Part shown: piece by piece, positions 1-8,509 of the stretch | Numbering within the stretch: the first letter of the stretch is position 1 | How the letters are laid out: every line of letters starts with the position of its first letter | DNA from: a bacterium | Lineage (GTDB): Bacteria; SAR324; NAC60-12 | DNA length: 64,000 nt | Assembly: GCA_965205865.1 (NCBI GenBank) | Contig: CBDBHR010000030.1 | Location: 64,001 to 128,000 of the forward strand | Direction of reading: 5' to 3' | Program-made: the position numbers and the translations under genes | The notes under the pieces: generated by a model | Told to the model about the DNA's origin: nothing | What the model saw: only the letters and a program-made list of their open reading frames with translations | The model's database searches: none

Positions 1-33
1 TTAAAATCAATTATGGACTAGGTCATGTGTGTG

Positions 34-93
34 AGATGGGGTCAGGCTTGCATACTTGTATTTCTTTCCAAATATGCAAGCCTGACCCCATCT
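34..93. repeat. GGGGTCAGGCTTGCA-family inverted-repeat hairpin (RAYT-associated REP-like)
   Basis: agatggggtcaggcttgcata (34-54) is the perfect reverse complement of tatgcaagcctgaccccatct (73-93); the same motif recurs at 1499-1738, 1987-2031, 2206-2572, 3545-3703 and 56888-57148. Confidence 0.85.
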
Positions 94-143
94 AAAATGA
101 AACCTCGAGATGGCAGGCCGGGTGACCTCCCGGCCAAAAATGT

Positions 144-968
144 ATCGAGTTGTCATTCCTGGCAAAGACCTGGAATCCACCGGTATGCCTCTCATCGAGT
201 TGTCATTCCATCGAGTTGTCATTGCTGGCGCAGACCAGGAATCCACCGCTATACCTCTCATCGAATTGTCATTGCTGGCGCAGACCAGGAATCCACCGCT
301 ATGCCTCTCATCGAGTTGTCATTGCATCGAGTTGTCATTGCTGGCGCAGACCAGGAATCCACCGGGCTGGCGATTCAGGGTGACTCATGGATTCCTGGTC
401 TGCGCCAGGAATGACACGCTTGTGGGGACAGGAATGACACACTTGTATAGAGTGCCATTTCTTTTACTTGCTAAGATATAAACGTAGTAGGTTTTCATGA
501 TGGCGACTCCTGGATTCCTGGTCTTCGCCAGGAATGACACACTTGTGGGGACAGGAATGACACGCTTGTATCCAGGGTGACTCCTGGATTCCTGGTCTTC
601 GCCAGGAATGACACGCTTGTGAGGCCAGGAATGACACGCTTGTATCCAGGGTGACTCCTGGATTCCTGGTCTTCGCCAGGAATGACACGCTTGTGGGGAC
701 AGGAATGACACGCTTGTATCCAGGGTGACTCCTGGATTCCTGATCTTCGCCAGGAATGACACGCTTGTATCCAGGGCGACTCCTGGATTCCTGGTCTTCG
801 CCAGGAATGACACGCTTGTGGGGACAGGAATGACACGCTTGTATCCAGGGTGACTCCTGGATTCCTGGTCTTCGCCAGGAATGACACACTTGTGGGGACA
901 GGAATGACACGCTTGTATCCAGGGCGACTCCTGGATTCCTGGTCTTCGCCAGCAATGACACGCTTGTA
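144..968. repeat. Tandem arrays of TGTCATTCC-type REP palindromes (tgtcattcctggcgaagaccaggaatcc)
   Basis: Four forward units at 144-361, then reverse-oriented copies; from 507 seven units start at 507, 581, 655, 729, 780, 854 and 928 (74-bp period, one 51-bp unit); spacers are not unique. Confidence 0.9.
445..498 (-). pseudogene. GIY-YIG nuclease (UPF0213/YhbQ-like) N-terminal fragment
   Basis: Translates [18 protein letters not shown] and then runs into the REP array. Confidence 0.8.
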
Positions 969-1498
969 TGGATAAATTGAAAGAAGATGTTTCAGCTATC
1001 TCAAAAGACGTCGCAGTGATAAATGTTAAATTCGAGACAGTCTGTACCAAGGAAGAGCTTTTAAATGTTTCAAATTAAGATACTAAACGAATTCGCTACG
1101 ATGGTACAACGTCGTTTGGATTCTTGTAGAGAAGAAAGTAGATGGAGGACCGCTGGTGCAGTCCCCCATCCGAAAGGTAATTATGAAACTGCGGGTGTTA
1201 TGAAGGCACCGCCCGCTGGCCTGGAATGCTCTCAAAGGGGGAGTTTAAAACAATGACCTGGAGCCGCCTCATAGATGAAGGGAGCCCTCTCGAGAACCCG
1301 TTTGGTTGAATAAGACACTTGGCTGAGGTGACTTTGATCATGGCAATACGAATTATATTTTCAGCAGTGGTTGTGAAGGTTCCCAGACGATCGATAAAGT
1401 ACCGACACTGATCGCTTGAATCGCTTGCATACATCCATCTCCTCCTGAATAATGGAATCAGACATGCAATTTATTTGCCAAACACTTCTCTAAATGAG

Positions 1499-1738
1499 GT
1501 GGGGTCAGGCTTGCATACTTGCGCATTGGTATTTTTTTCGTTTCATAGGTAAAGAGTCTCCCTCAGAACTCTCTCGGTTTTTATGTTTCTTCAGGAAGCC
1601 ATAGAGGTCTTTATCCTTCCGGTTTCCCATGCAGGACTCTCATGGTGGAGCCAATCAGAGTGCCTCCGTCCTTTTCCCGGAACCAGCGAGCCCAACTTCT
1701 TTTTCCATGCATTTACAAATATGCAAGCCTGACCCCAC
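1499..1738. repeat. Pair of GGGGTCAGGCTTGCA inverted repeats bracketing ~200 bp
   Basis: gtggggtcaggcttgcata ... tatgcaagcctgaccccac. Confidence 0.75.
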
Positions 1739-1740
1739 TC

Positions 1741-1950
1741 TCAGTTTGAAATCGACGCCATTTTTTGTGCTGCAAAACTTATGGCAATAGCAATTCCAAT
1801 ATTGCTGACAACCAATCCTACTCCCCATTGAAACATTTTGCCTTCCAGACGCACTATTTCCGTTTTAAGGTTCGCGATATCCTCTTTGGTTGCCATTTGT
1901 TCGATAATTGTTTCCAATCGGGTTATTCGGTTTTCAGATGTGGATTCCAT
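1741..1950 (-). CDS. Small coiled-coil protein with C-terminal TM helix (DUF1640/CCDC90-like)
   Basis: MATKEDIANLKTEI motif followed by hydrophobic WGVGLVVSNIGIAIAISFAA; GGAG upstream. Confidence 0.7.
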   Translation of the reverse strand: MESTSENRITRLETIIEQMATKEDIANLKTEIVRLEGKMFQWGVGLVVSNIGIAIAISFAAQKMASISN

Positions 1951-2040
1951 GATTATCTCCGATTCAAAAGATGAAATGGAAATAAGTCAGGCTAGCATAC
2001 TTGTATTTCTTTCTGAGTGCAAGCCTGACCCAATTATTGG

Positions 2041-2154
2041 CTCTACGAGATTGTTTTTATGTTCATAAACTCTTTTAAGAAGATCATTGGTCACTCCAAT
2101 ATATAGAATGCCATTTCTTTTACTTGCCAAGATATAAACGTTGTAGGTTTTCAT
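2041..2154 (-). pseudogene. GIY-YIG nuclease fragment, second copy
   Basis: [38 protein letters not shown], truncated by a GGGTCAGGCTTGCA element; a REP unit lies directly upstream (2165-2200). Confidence 0.85.
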
Positions 2155-2205
2155 GAGGGCGACTCCTGGATTCCTGGTCTTGGCCAGGAATGACACACTT
2201 GAGTC

Positions 2206-2572
2206 GGGGACAGGCTTGCAAGTTTGCAAAAATGAGTATTTTTTAAATTTTAACCTTTTTCAAATTGCCAAGATGTCTCGGATAACGCGTTTGTACGACG
2301 CTGGTACGCTTTATCATGTAATATTTCGAGGCAATGGGGGCCAACGTATTTTTTCGATGACTGCGACTCTCGACGCTTTTATCAGTCTTCGATTGGAAAT
2401 CCGCAAAAATCCGGGAAGTGGCAAATACTCTCAAGCGAGATGATGCTACTTTCAGTCGTGGTGCGCATAAGTTGTGAGAAAGATTGAAGGAATCCACAAA
2501 TCTCCAAAAGCGGTTAAAAGAACTCAACCTGAAAATGTTTTCTTAAATTCGCAAACTTGCAAGCCTGACCCC
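2206..2572 (+). mobile_element. Internally deleted RAYT (Y1/HUH transposase) mini-element
   Basis: Terminal IRs ggggacaggcttgcaagtttgc / gcaaacttgcaagcctgacccc; contains MSRITRLYDAGTLYHVIFRGNGGQRIF (RAYT N-terminus) joined to a C-terminal HTH-like piece IREVANTLKRDDATFSRGAHKL. Confidence 0.75.
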
Positions 2573-2693
2573 TTCATTTTTTGAATGAATATAAACCATT
2601 TCAGTAACCGATCATTTTGACCCCCTTCCAGGCAAGGCATCTAATTAAAATGAAAAAAACCTTGAACAAAGACAAAGATTTCAACAAGATTCA

Positions 2694-2817
2694 TCAGAAC
2701 AAGGCGTTCTAGCGGAGGCCCAACGTAGCGTTTTTCAGTCATTTTGAGATTATCACTCTGTTCATCTCATCATCAATTTTCTTCGTAGGGTGGTCGCCCG
2801 TGAACTCAACGTTCCCC
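2694..2817 (+). other. attC-like integron recombination site
   Basis: tcagAAC aaggcgttctagcgg ... ccgtgaactcaacGTTcccc: R''/L''/L'/R' layout, upstream of the DUF4160/DUF2442 pair. Confidence 0.55.
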
Positions 2818-2945
2818 AATATGATCCCTTAAATTCACATGAAACAATTTCATCAATGAGATATATTTGAAGAAAAGATAAAATAAAAAGACAAATAGAA
2901 AATCGAAAAATTAAAAGTTATTCAAAAAAAAAAAGAGAGGGCATC

Positions 2946-3215
2946 ATGCCATCAATATCAATGTTTTATGGGATCATCGTCTATCTGTACTTTAAAGACA
3001 ATAAACAGCATAGAGTCCCACACATTCACGCAAAATACCAAGGACAAGAAGTGGTTATTGCGATTCCGGAAGGTGATATTCTAGAAGGAAGCCTTCCAAA
3101 ACCAAAGTTAAAACTGCTTCAAGCCTGGGTCGAAATTCATCGAGATGAGTTAGTAGCAGATTGGGAACTAGCTGTTTCAGGACAACCACCGTATAAAATC
3201 GAACCTTTGAGGTAG
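2946..3215 (+). CDS. DUF4160 domain protein (TA pair component)
   Basis: MPSISMFYGIIVYLY..HRVPHIHAKY..W..IHRDELVADW signature; followed by DUF2442. Confidence 0.9.
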   Translation: MPSISMFYGIIVYLYFKDNKQHRVPHIHAKYQGQEVVIAIPEGDILEGSLPKPKLKLLQAWVEIHRDELVADWELAVSGQPPYKIEPLR

Positions 3216-3217
3216 CC

Positions 3218-3466
3218 ATGAATCCAAGAGTGACCGCAGTGACCGCAATGCCTGATTATAAATTAGGACTTATTTTTTCAAATGGAGAAGAGGGTATTTA
3301 TGATTGTTCTGAACTTCTTGATTTTGGTGTTTTTAAAGAATTAAAAGACGAAAACTATTTTAAACAAGTAAAAGTTTGGGATGGGACAATTGCATGGCCC
3401 CACGAACAGGATATTTGTCCTGATACTCTTTACCTAGACTCCAAGAAGGTAAATACCGAACAATAG
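3218..3466 (+). CDS. DUF2442 domain protein (TA pair component)
   Basis: DYKLGLIFSNGE...GVFKELKDENYF...GTIAWPHEQDICPDTLY. Confidence 0.9.
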   Translation: MNPRVTAVTAMPDYKLGLIFSNGEEGIYDCSELLDFGVFKELKDENYFKQVKVWDGTIAWPHEQDICPDTLYLDSKKVNTEQ

Positions 3467-3527
3467 AATGGAGAAGGGTTACCTACACCACGCTCGTCCC
3501 TCGCTCCATTTCAGCAATCTCTCATCA
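3455..3527 (+). other. Truncated attC-like site after DUF2442
   Basis: accgAAC overlaps the gene end; atggagaagggttac pairs with gcaatctctcat; R' box missing. Confidence 0.45.
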
Positions 3528-3544
3528 TCAATAAAATTTGAGAA

Positions 3545-3703
3545 GGGGTCAGGCCTTTGATTATTTGATTAGGATGGGGGTCAGGCTTGCATACTTGTAT
3601 TTCTTTCCAAATATGCAAGCCTGTCCTAATCTCTGAGAAATACAAGTATGCAAGCCTGACCCCAATACGGAAGTTCCCTTTCACAAGTATGCAAGCCTGA
3701 CCC
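3545..3703. repeat. Cluster of five GGGGTCAGGC(TTGCA) repeats
   Basis: Two forward and three reverse copies (caagtatgcaagcctgacccc). Confidence 0.85.
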
Positions 3704-3781
3704 CAATAGAAATCTCTCTTTGTGAGAGACCCGGACACCAGTGACCAAAGTCCATCATGGCCCTGATTCGGAAGTTTCCTT

Positions 3782-4090
3782 TCAGATAGTTAAAAGTTCT
3801 GGTGGGGTAACAAGAAAATCAAAGGAAAATATTTTCCTTAGTTTTTTGTCTACCTCGATTTTTTTGTCTACCTTGAATTTTTTGTTCATTTTTACAATTT
3901 TTTCAACTGGTATACCATCTTCCAAATTTCCGACTATATGCATATGTAAACATTCCTTGAAATTATCATATGCTTCATCAAATGAGTCTTCTACGGAAAA
4001 GCATGCCAACACGTCAGGAGAAAAAGAACAATAATTATTTCCAGCTTTTTCTATAACGACTCTTACCGAAAATGTTTTTGCAGTTTTCAT
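3782..4090 (-). CDS. hicB: HicB-family antitoxin
   Basis: VVIEKAGNNYCSFSPDVLACFSVEDSFDEAYDNFKECLHMH pattern; start overlaps the upstream HicA stop (TAATG). Confidence 0.75.
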   Translation of the reverse strand: MKTAKTFSVRVVIEKAGNNYCSFSPDVLACFSVEDSFDEAYDNFKECLHMHIVGNLEDGIPVEKIVKMNKKFKVDKKIEVDKKLRKIFSFDFLVTPPELLTI

Positions 4091-4182
4091 TATAATTTTA
4101 TAGAGGCTTGTTTTAAAATATTCTTATAAAGGGTAATTGGTACACCTTTGTTAGTCCCATGATATGGAACCGTTACTTTTCC
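4090..4182 (-). pseudogene. hicA: HicA toxin C-terminal remnant
   Basis: Manual translation GKVTVPYHGTNKGVPITLYKNILKQASIKL*; N-terminal half absent. Confidence 0.75.
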
Positions 4183-4261
4183 TATTAGTACGCTCGAGCC
4201 ATGCTACATGCCTCGCTTGATGTGGTTGTGGTCAAATTGGCCTGGCAAATCCGGCACCTGC

Positions 4262-4945
4262 TCAGAATGAGTAGAACGCCCCTAGATGGGCGCGATGTTC
4301 GTCCCCACCGTGATCGTCACTGAGCGGCAGGTACAGGTACTCGATACGAAACGAAGCGGCGTTGGTTATCGGCACGTCGAGGCCGCCACCCAAGAGGAGC
4401 CCAAGGCCGTTGTCGTCATCATCGAATGGCACCGATACCAGGTTGTCCGCAATCGTTATCGTTCCCGTTCCCTCGAATTCATCATGCCATCGCCTCACCC
4501 CGATCTTGACGAAAGGCATGACGAAGGAGGAATCAAGCGACACTTGCCTTACGAGGGCGCCGTACAGTGACCAACGCCTCACCTTGACCTTGGCATCAAA
4601 GGATACCTCGTATTCGTCAAACGTTGCCGTCAGGTCCATACTCTGGTTCACCTCGCCACTGCCAAGATAACCAACCTCCAGCGCGAAGTCGTCATTCAAG
4701 TTGTACCCCGCAAAGGTGCTCCAGGCGAACGCCCGATCGTCAGTCGACAAGGACAAGTTGTTGATATTGTTATGCCCCTCTTGGCGTAGCTCATTCTCAA
4801 ATTTTCCGGTATGCTCTTCCAATTCCGGATACAACACCATCCCTGGAGCCGCACCCACATACATATCACCCACGCGATCCTGCGGATATGCCGAGGTCGC
4901 CATGAGTACTGCGCAGACCCCCGTCAACCATTTCAATATTTTCAT
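4262..4945 (-). CDS. Outer-membrane beta-barrel protein (OmpA-like transmembrane domain)
   Basis: Signal peptide, FAGYNLNDDFALEVGYL, C-terminal GAFYSF aromatic end; more GC-rich than its flanks. Confidence 0.85.
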   Translation of the reverse strand: MKILKWLTGVCAVLMATSAYPQDRVGDMYVGAAPGMVLYPELEEHTGKFENELRQEGHNNINNLSLSTDDRAFAWSTFAGYNLNDDFALEVGYLGSGEVNQSMDLTATFDEYEVSFDAKVKVRRWSLYGALVRQVSLDSSFVMPFVKIGVRRWHDEFEGTGTITIADNLVSVPFDDDDNGLGLLLGGGLDVPITNAASFRIEYLYLPLSDDHGGDEHRAHLGAFYSF

Positions 4946-5056
4946 GATTATCTCCTCTCAAATACTATTGAATTAAAAAGGGATTTCGTACCCCTGCCAT
5001 TGAGCGCATCGTAACTATTCAGATCTCTGAAAAACCCGTTTAGTCAAATAACGTTG

Positions 5057-5146
5057 AAAAAATTCCCAGGTAAAATTTTCACGTCCTCCCACGATATTGT
5101 TCAATCGAGCGGGAACCCTCTCCTTCACTGAAATAACTCAGTCAAG
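5057..5146 (-). ncRNA. Putative IS66-end structured RNA unit (copy)
   Basis: Homologous to the units at 20047-20412; TGcTATAAA upstream, stem cttgactga/tcagtgaag, gagggttcccgctcgattgaacaatatcgtgggagg, T-tract. Confidence 0.5.
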
Positions 5147-5259
5147 ACATGTTTATAGCACTTAAACAGAGGAATGAATAGAACTTGAAATGTTTGAATT
5201 GTTCCCGTACTTCAGAAGTTGATTCATCAAATGAAATTTCTGAGGAAAAAGGAATAAAA

Positions 5260-5526
5260 ATGGAAGCAGAAGTCGAATTTGATCCTATTGACAGGCTACT
5301 CAAAAAATTAACGGACCACGCTGTTGATCACAAATCAAAAATTGTTTCTATGAATAAGGAGATGACAAAAGAATTTGTCAGTGTGAAGAAGCAACTCACC
5401 CAATTGACTAATGTAAACAAGGAAATGGACGAGCGACTCAAAGAAATGGACGAGCGATTTCAAGGTCAATTTAGTGAAATGGGAAGTAAGATTGATGCGC
5501 TGGCAGACCTTTTGAGGAAGGAATGA
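5260..5526 (+). CDS. Hypothetical coiled-coil protein
   Basis: Heptad repeats KEMDERL KEMDERF; AAGGA upstream of ATG 5260. Confidence 0.6.
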   Translation: MEAEVEFDPIDRLLKKLTDHAVDHKSKIVSMNKEMTKEFVSVKKQLTQLTNVNKEMDERLKEMDERFQGQFSEMGSKIDALADLLRKE

Positions 5527-5713
5527 AACTTATGAGGAGAGGGGTATAGCTCCTGTGCGGGCGTTGTCATATTCCATGACTCTATGATGAAGAGAGCTCG
5601 CGCAGGGGTTTGTAACAATGAAAGGAGATATCCATGGAAAGAGGACCTGAAGGAGAGAAGCGAATCGAAGGGGTCTCTGAAGATACCCGAATAGTTACCA
5701 TAAACTCTCTTAA

Positions 5714-6313
5714 AAGGTTGGAGGAAATGGGCGGGAGCGCGGAAGACACCTGCGCCATAACCGCCGATCTCACCGACACCAAATCAGTCATTTCATTAAT
5801 TGAACAGGTTGAAGGCGCTTTAGGTCCTATTGATATTGTGATCAACAATGCAGGGATGGTGCAAACTGGCAGGGAATTACCCCGTTTATTGCTTCATGAA
5901 ACAAGCGATGATCGCTGGCGGTACGGAATCGATATCAATCTCACCAGCGCATTTCTAGTCACCCGAGGGGTTCTTCCGGGCATGATGGCGCGTCAGTATG
6001 GCCGTATTGTACAAGTGTCCTCGGTCACTGGGCCTCTGGTTGGTATTTCAGGCAGGCATGCTTGGCATGACTCGATCACTGGCTATTGAAATCGGCAGTT
6101 ACAACATCACGGTAAACTGTGTGGGGCCGGGTTGGATTCAGACATCATCCAGCAGTGAAAGTGAGATTACCGCTGGAAAATATACACCGGTTGGTCGCCC
6201 GGGCACACCCAATGAGGTTGGTCATGTCGCTGTCTTCCTTGCTGGCGAAGAGGCAAGTTATGTGAGCGGTCAGCTGATCGTTGTTGATGGTGGAAATACG
6301 GTACAAGAATATA
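5714..6313 (+). pseudogene. SDR oxidoreductase, 5'-truncated and frameshifted copy of 35843-36619
   Basis: Near-identical DNA; a 26-nt deletion between aggcag repeats removes the catalytic YGTAK. Confidence 0.9.
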
Positions 6314-6490
6314 ATGTTCCTCATCCGGTGGGCCATGATAGCACTGAATACTCACCAGCTCGTTGTTCGGCGGAGGCAGTTTGCCTGTTGCTGCCGTTTG
6401 GAATTCGGCGGCGCCTTCCGGGCGATACTGGGCCTCCCATGAATTAGCGGTAACCACCAACCGAAGTCGGACGCTTTTCGTCGGCATCGG
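6314..6490 (-). pseudogene. Fragment of the DUF1349-like gene at 14035-14601
   Basis: MPTKSVRLRLVV..WEAQYRPEGA..VSIQCYHGPPDEEH, near-identical to that gene. Confidence 0.85.
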
Positions 6491-6699
6491 CTACTGTCCT
6501 GGTATGATGTAGCGTGGGCCGCACCCTCTCAATGAACGGCCTCTCGTCTCTTAGATAATCATTTCTTGTTTGGCTGCACCGGAGCGAACCATAGCAAACT
6601 GTAAATCTGCTTGGCTTTGGGCGTCCGAAATTCGTGCTTGCCCAAAAAAAATAAGAGGAAGATCTCCTCAGTGAGGTCATTGAACGGGTTCCCTCAATA

Positions 6700-7704
6700 C
6701 TATTGAGGATCAGTGTGTTTATTTTGAAGCAAGACGCGTAAATGTTTGATCTCTTCCAGGGCTTGTTCCTTTTGTTGTCGCTCCTGTTCTTTTTGTTGTC
6801 GTTCCTGCTCTTCTCTTTTCAAGGCTTGTTCCTTTTGTTGTCGCTCCTGTTCTTTTTGTTGTCGTTCCTGCTCTTCTCTTTTCAAGGCTTGCTCTTTTTG
6901 TTGCCGCTCCTGTTCTTTTTGTTGTCGTTCCTGCTCTTCTCTTTTCAAGGCTTGCTCTTTTTGTTGCCGCTCCTGTTCTTTGAGTTGCCTTTCCTGCTCT
7001 TTTTGTTGCCGCTCTTCTTGGAGGGATTTTAAGAGATAGGGTTGGTAGAGCGGATCATTCATCAGGGTCTTGAAAGAGGTCTGGGCCTCCAGGTCTTGGC
7101 GCCGAAAAGCAAAATGCTCCAAGACGGTGGATTGAATCAGGCCCTCTTCTGCCGAATCCAATCGTTGATAGGTTCCCGCTTCATGGAGTCGATAAAAACA
7201 TGTATGTTTTCCCAAACGATCTAAAATATAATATTCTGCCACCCCCGCTTTGGCGTATTCTTCTTTTTTGAAGACGGTGTCCCGTTCCACCTCCGAGGGA
7301 GTCGAGTCGGATAAAAACTCTATACAGAGGTCACAGACCCCATGAAACGAACGATCCGTGGGGTGGGGCACTACCGGATTGGAATGCAGAAGGACCGCGA
7401 GATCCGGTTTCCGTACGCTGACTTTATCCCCCAAATCCAAACGAAAGCCCATGTCCAATGCCATGATTCGCCCGCGAGGGAAGACGGTTAAATATTCTTC
7501 TAATAAGCGCAAGAACCATTGATACAGAGAGATGCTCAAAAAATCCGGCATGGGCTTTTCCTCCAAGAGTCCATTGTTCCACTCATATTGACCATCCGGG
7601 TGTTGGTAATACTCCTTCCAATAGAGCTCCTCACTGATCCGATGGTGTTCTTGTAATGAGGGGCTCTGAGAGGAATCACTGATGATGGATTCGCGAGTTT
7701 CCAT
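6700..7704 (-). CDS. Uma2 family (DUF820) PD-(D/E)XK endonuclease-like protein with coiled-coil heptad tail
   Basis: RKPDLAV..DLCIEFLS..RDTVFKKEEYAKAGVAEYYILD; EQERQQK/EQALKRE repeats. Confidence 0.9.
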   Translation of the reverse strand: METRESIISDSSQSPSLQEHHRISEELYWKEYYQHPDGQYEWNNGLLEEKPMPDFLSISLYQWFLRLLEEYLTVFPRGRIMALDMGFRLDLGDKVSVRKPDLAVLLHSNPVVPHPTDRSFHGVCDLCIEFLSDSTPSEVERDTVFKKEEYAKAGVAEYYILDRLGKHTCFYRLHEAGTYQRLDSAEEGLIQSTVLEHFAFRRQDLEAQTSFKTLMNDPLYQPYLLKSLQEERQQKEQERQLKEQERQQKEQALKREEQERQQKEQERQQKEQALKREEQERQQKEQERQQKEQALKREEQERQQKEQERQQKEQALEEIKHLRVLLQNKHTDPQ

Positions 7705-8234
7705 GGAGCCTCCATAAGAATGATGGGGAAAAAATACTGATTATCAAACATAACATATCAGAGGGGAAACAGCAACTAGTGATAGAGGCGACAGCGATTA
7801 CGAGTAAATATTCTTAGCATAAATCGGATATTCCCCAAAAATAATCGTTGACTTCCTGTTCCAGATATGAGATAAGATTGGCCTTAAATAGTCGCAGTCG
7901 CTAAATGGCTTTTAGCCCTCTGCTGTCAGCTATCAGTTTTTGAATCATAGTTGATATAGTTTTTTTTGTAAGTGAAAACCCTACGCGGGCCGCTGTAGCT
8001 GAGAACAGAAAACCTTAAATGCTTGACAAACATTTGCAGAGCGATTATATAATATTTTATTCTAGGGACAAAAGGGCGATAATGCGATCCTTCGCTTTTG
8101 ATCAGGATGACATGAAAGTCTGAAATTAACCTGCTTTCAATATAAAAGCATCTTGACAATAAGGTGAATATGAGAGTAAGCTTAAACACCCAGTTCTCAG
8201 TAATAAGTTCCAGATCACAAGTTCTACCCCTTGG

Positions 8235-8339
8235 TGTCATCTCGACGGGGCCGTCGGTACGCCCGATCTTCGCACGGTGGCCCGCATACGGAGCATGGGC
8301 GTACCGGAAGCGGCGCCCAGTCCGAAGGGGAGAGATCCT
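8235..8339. repeat. TGTC-type REP with nested GC-rich palindrome
   Basis: tgtcatctcgac ... cgaaggggagagatcc enclosing cggtacgccc/gggcgtaccg. Confidence 0.55.
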
Positions 8340-8509
8340 TAAATTGCACCTCAATTCATTTCAGCATATGGAAATTCCTCAAGAAAATTTAAAGGTCATG
8401 GTTCATTGCCCAATCCTGGAGCCAATGAATCGGTTTTTTTTCATCACTTGAAAATGAAGCAGGTTTTAAAGCAATCCTTAATTTTGAACATGCAATCGAA
8501 AGGAAAAAG

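Larger units (their letters stand above)
5011..5698. mobile_element. Non-autonomous IS66-type element with cargo
   Basis: Ends gtaactattcagatctct / agatacccgaatagttac match the IS66 TIR; no TSD; contains one RNA-like unit and a coiled-coil ORF. Confidence 0.65.

Noticed and set aside
144-968. CRISPR array
   Set aside because: Inter-repeat segments are themselves repeated, units are palindromic REPs, and no cas genes are present
7-1050. Multiple overlapping ORFs in the repeat arrays
   Set aside because: Translations of REP units in several frames; only the GIY-YIG stub is meaningful
1065-1447. ORFs 1065-1256 and 1198-1434 or a structured RNA
   Set aside because: An RBS-like AGGAGG precedes 1434, but no recognizable motif or repeat supports a call
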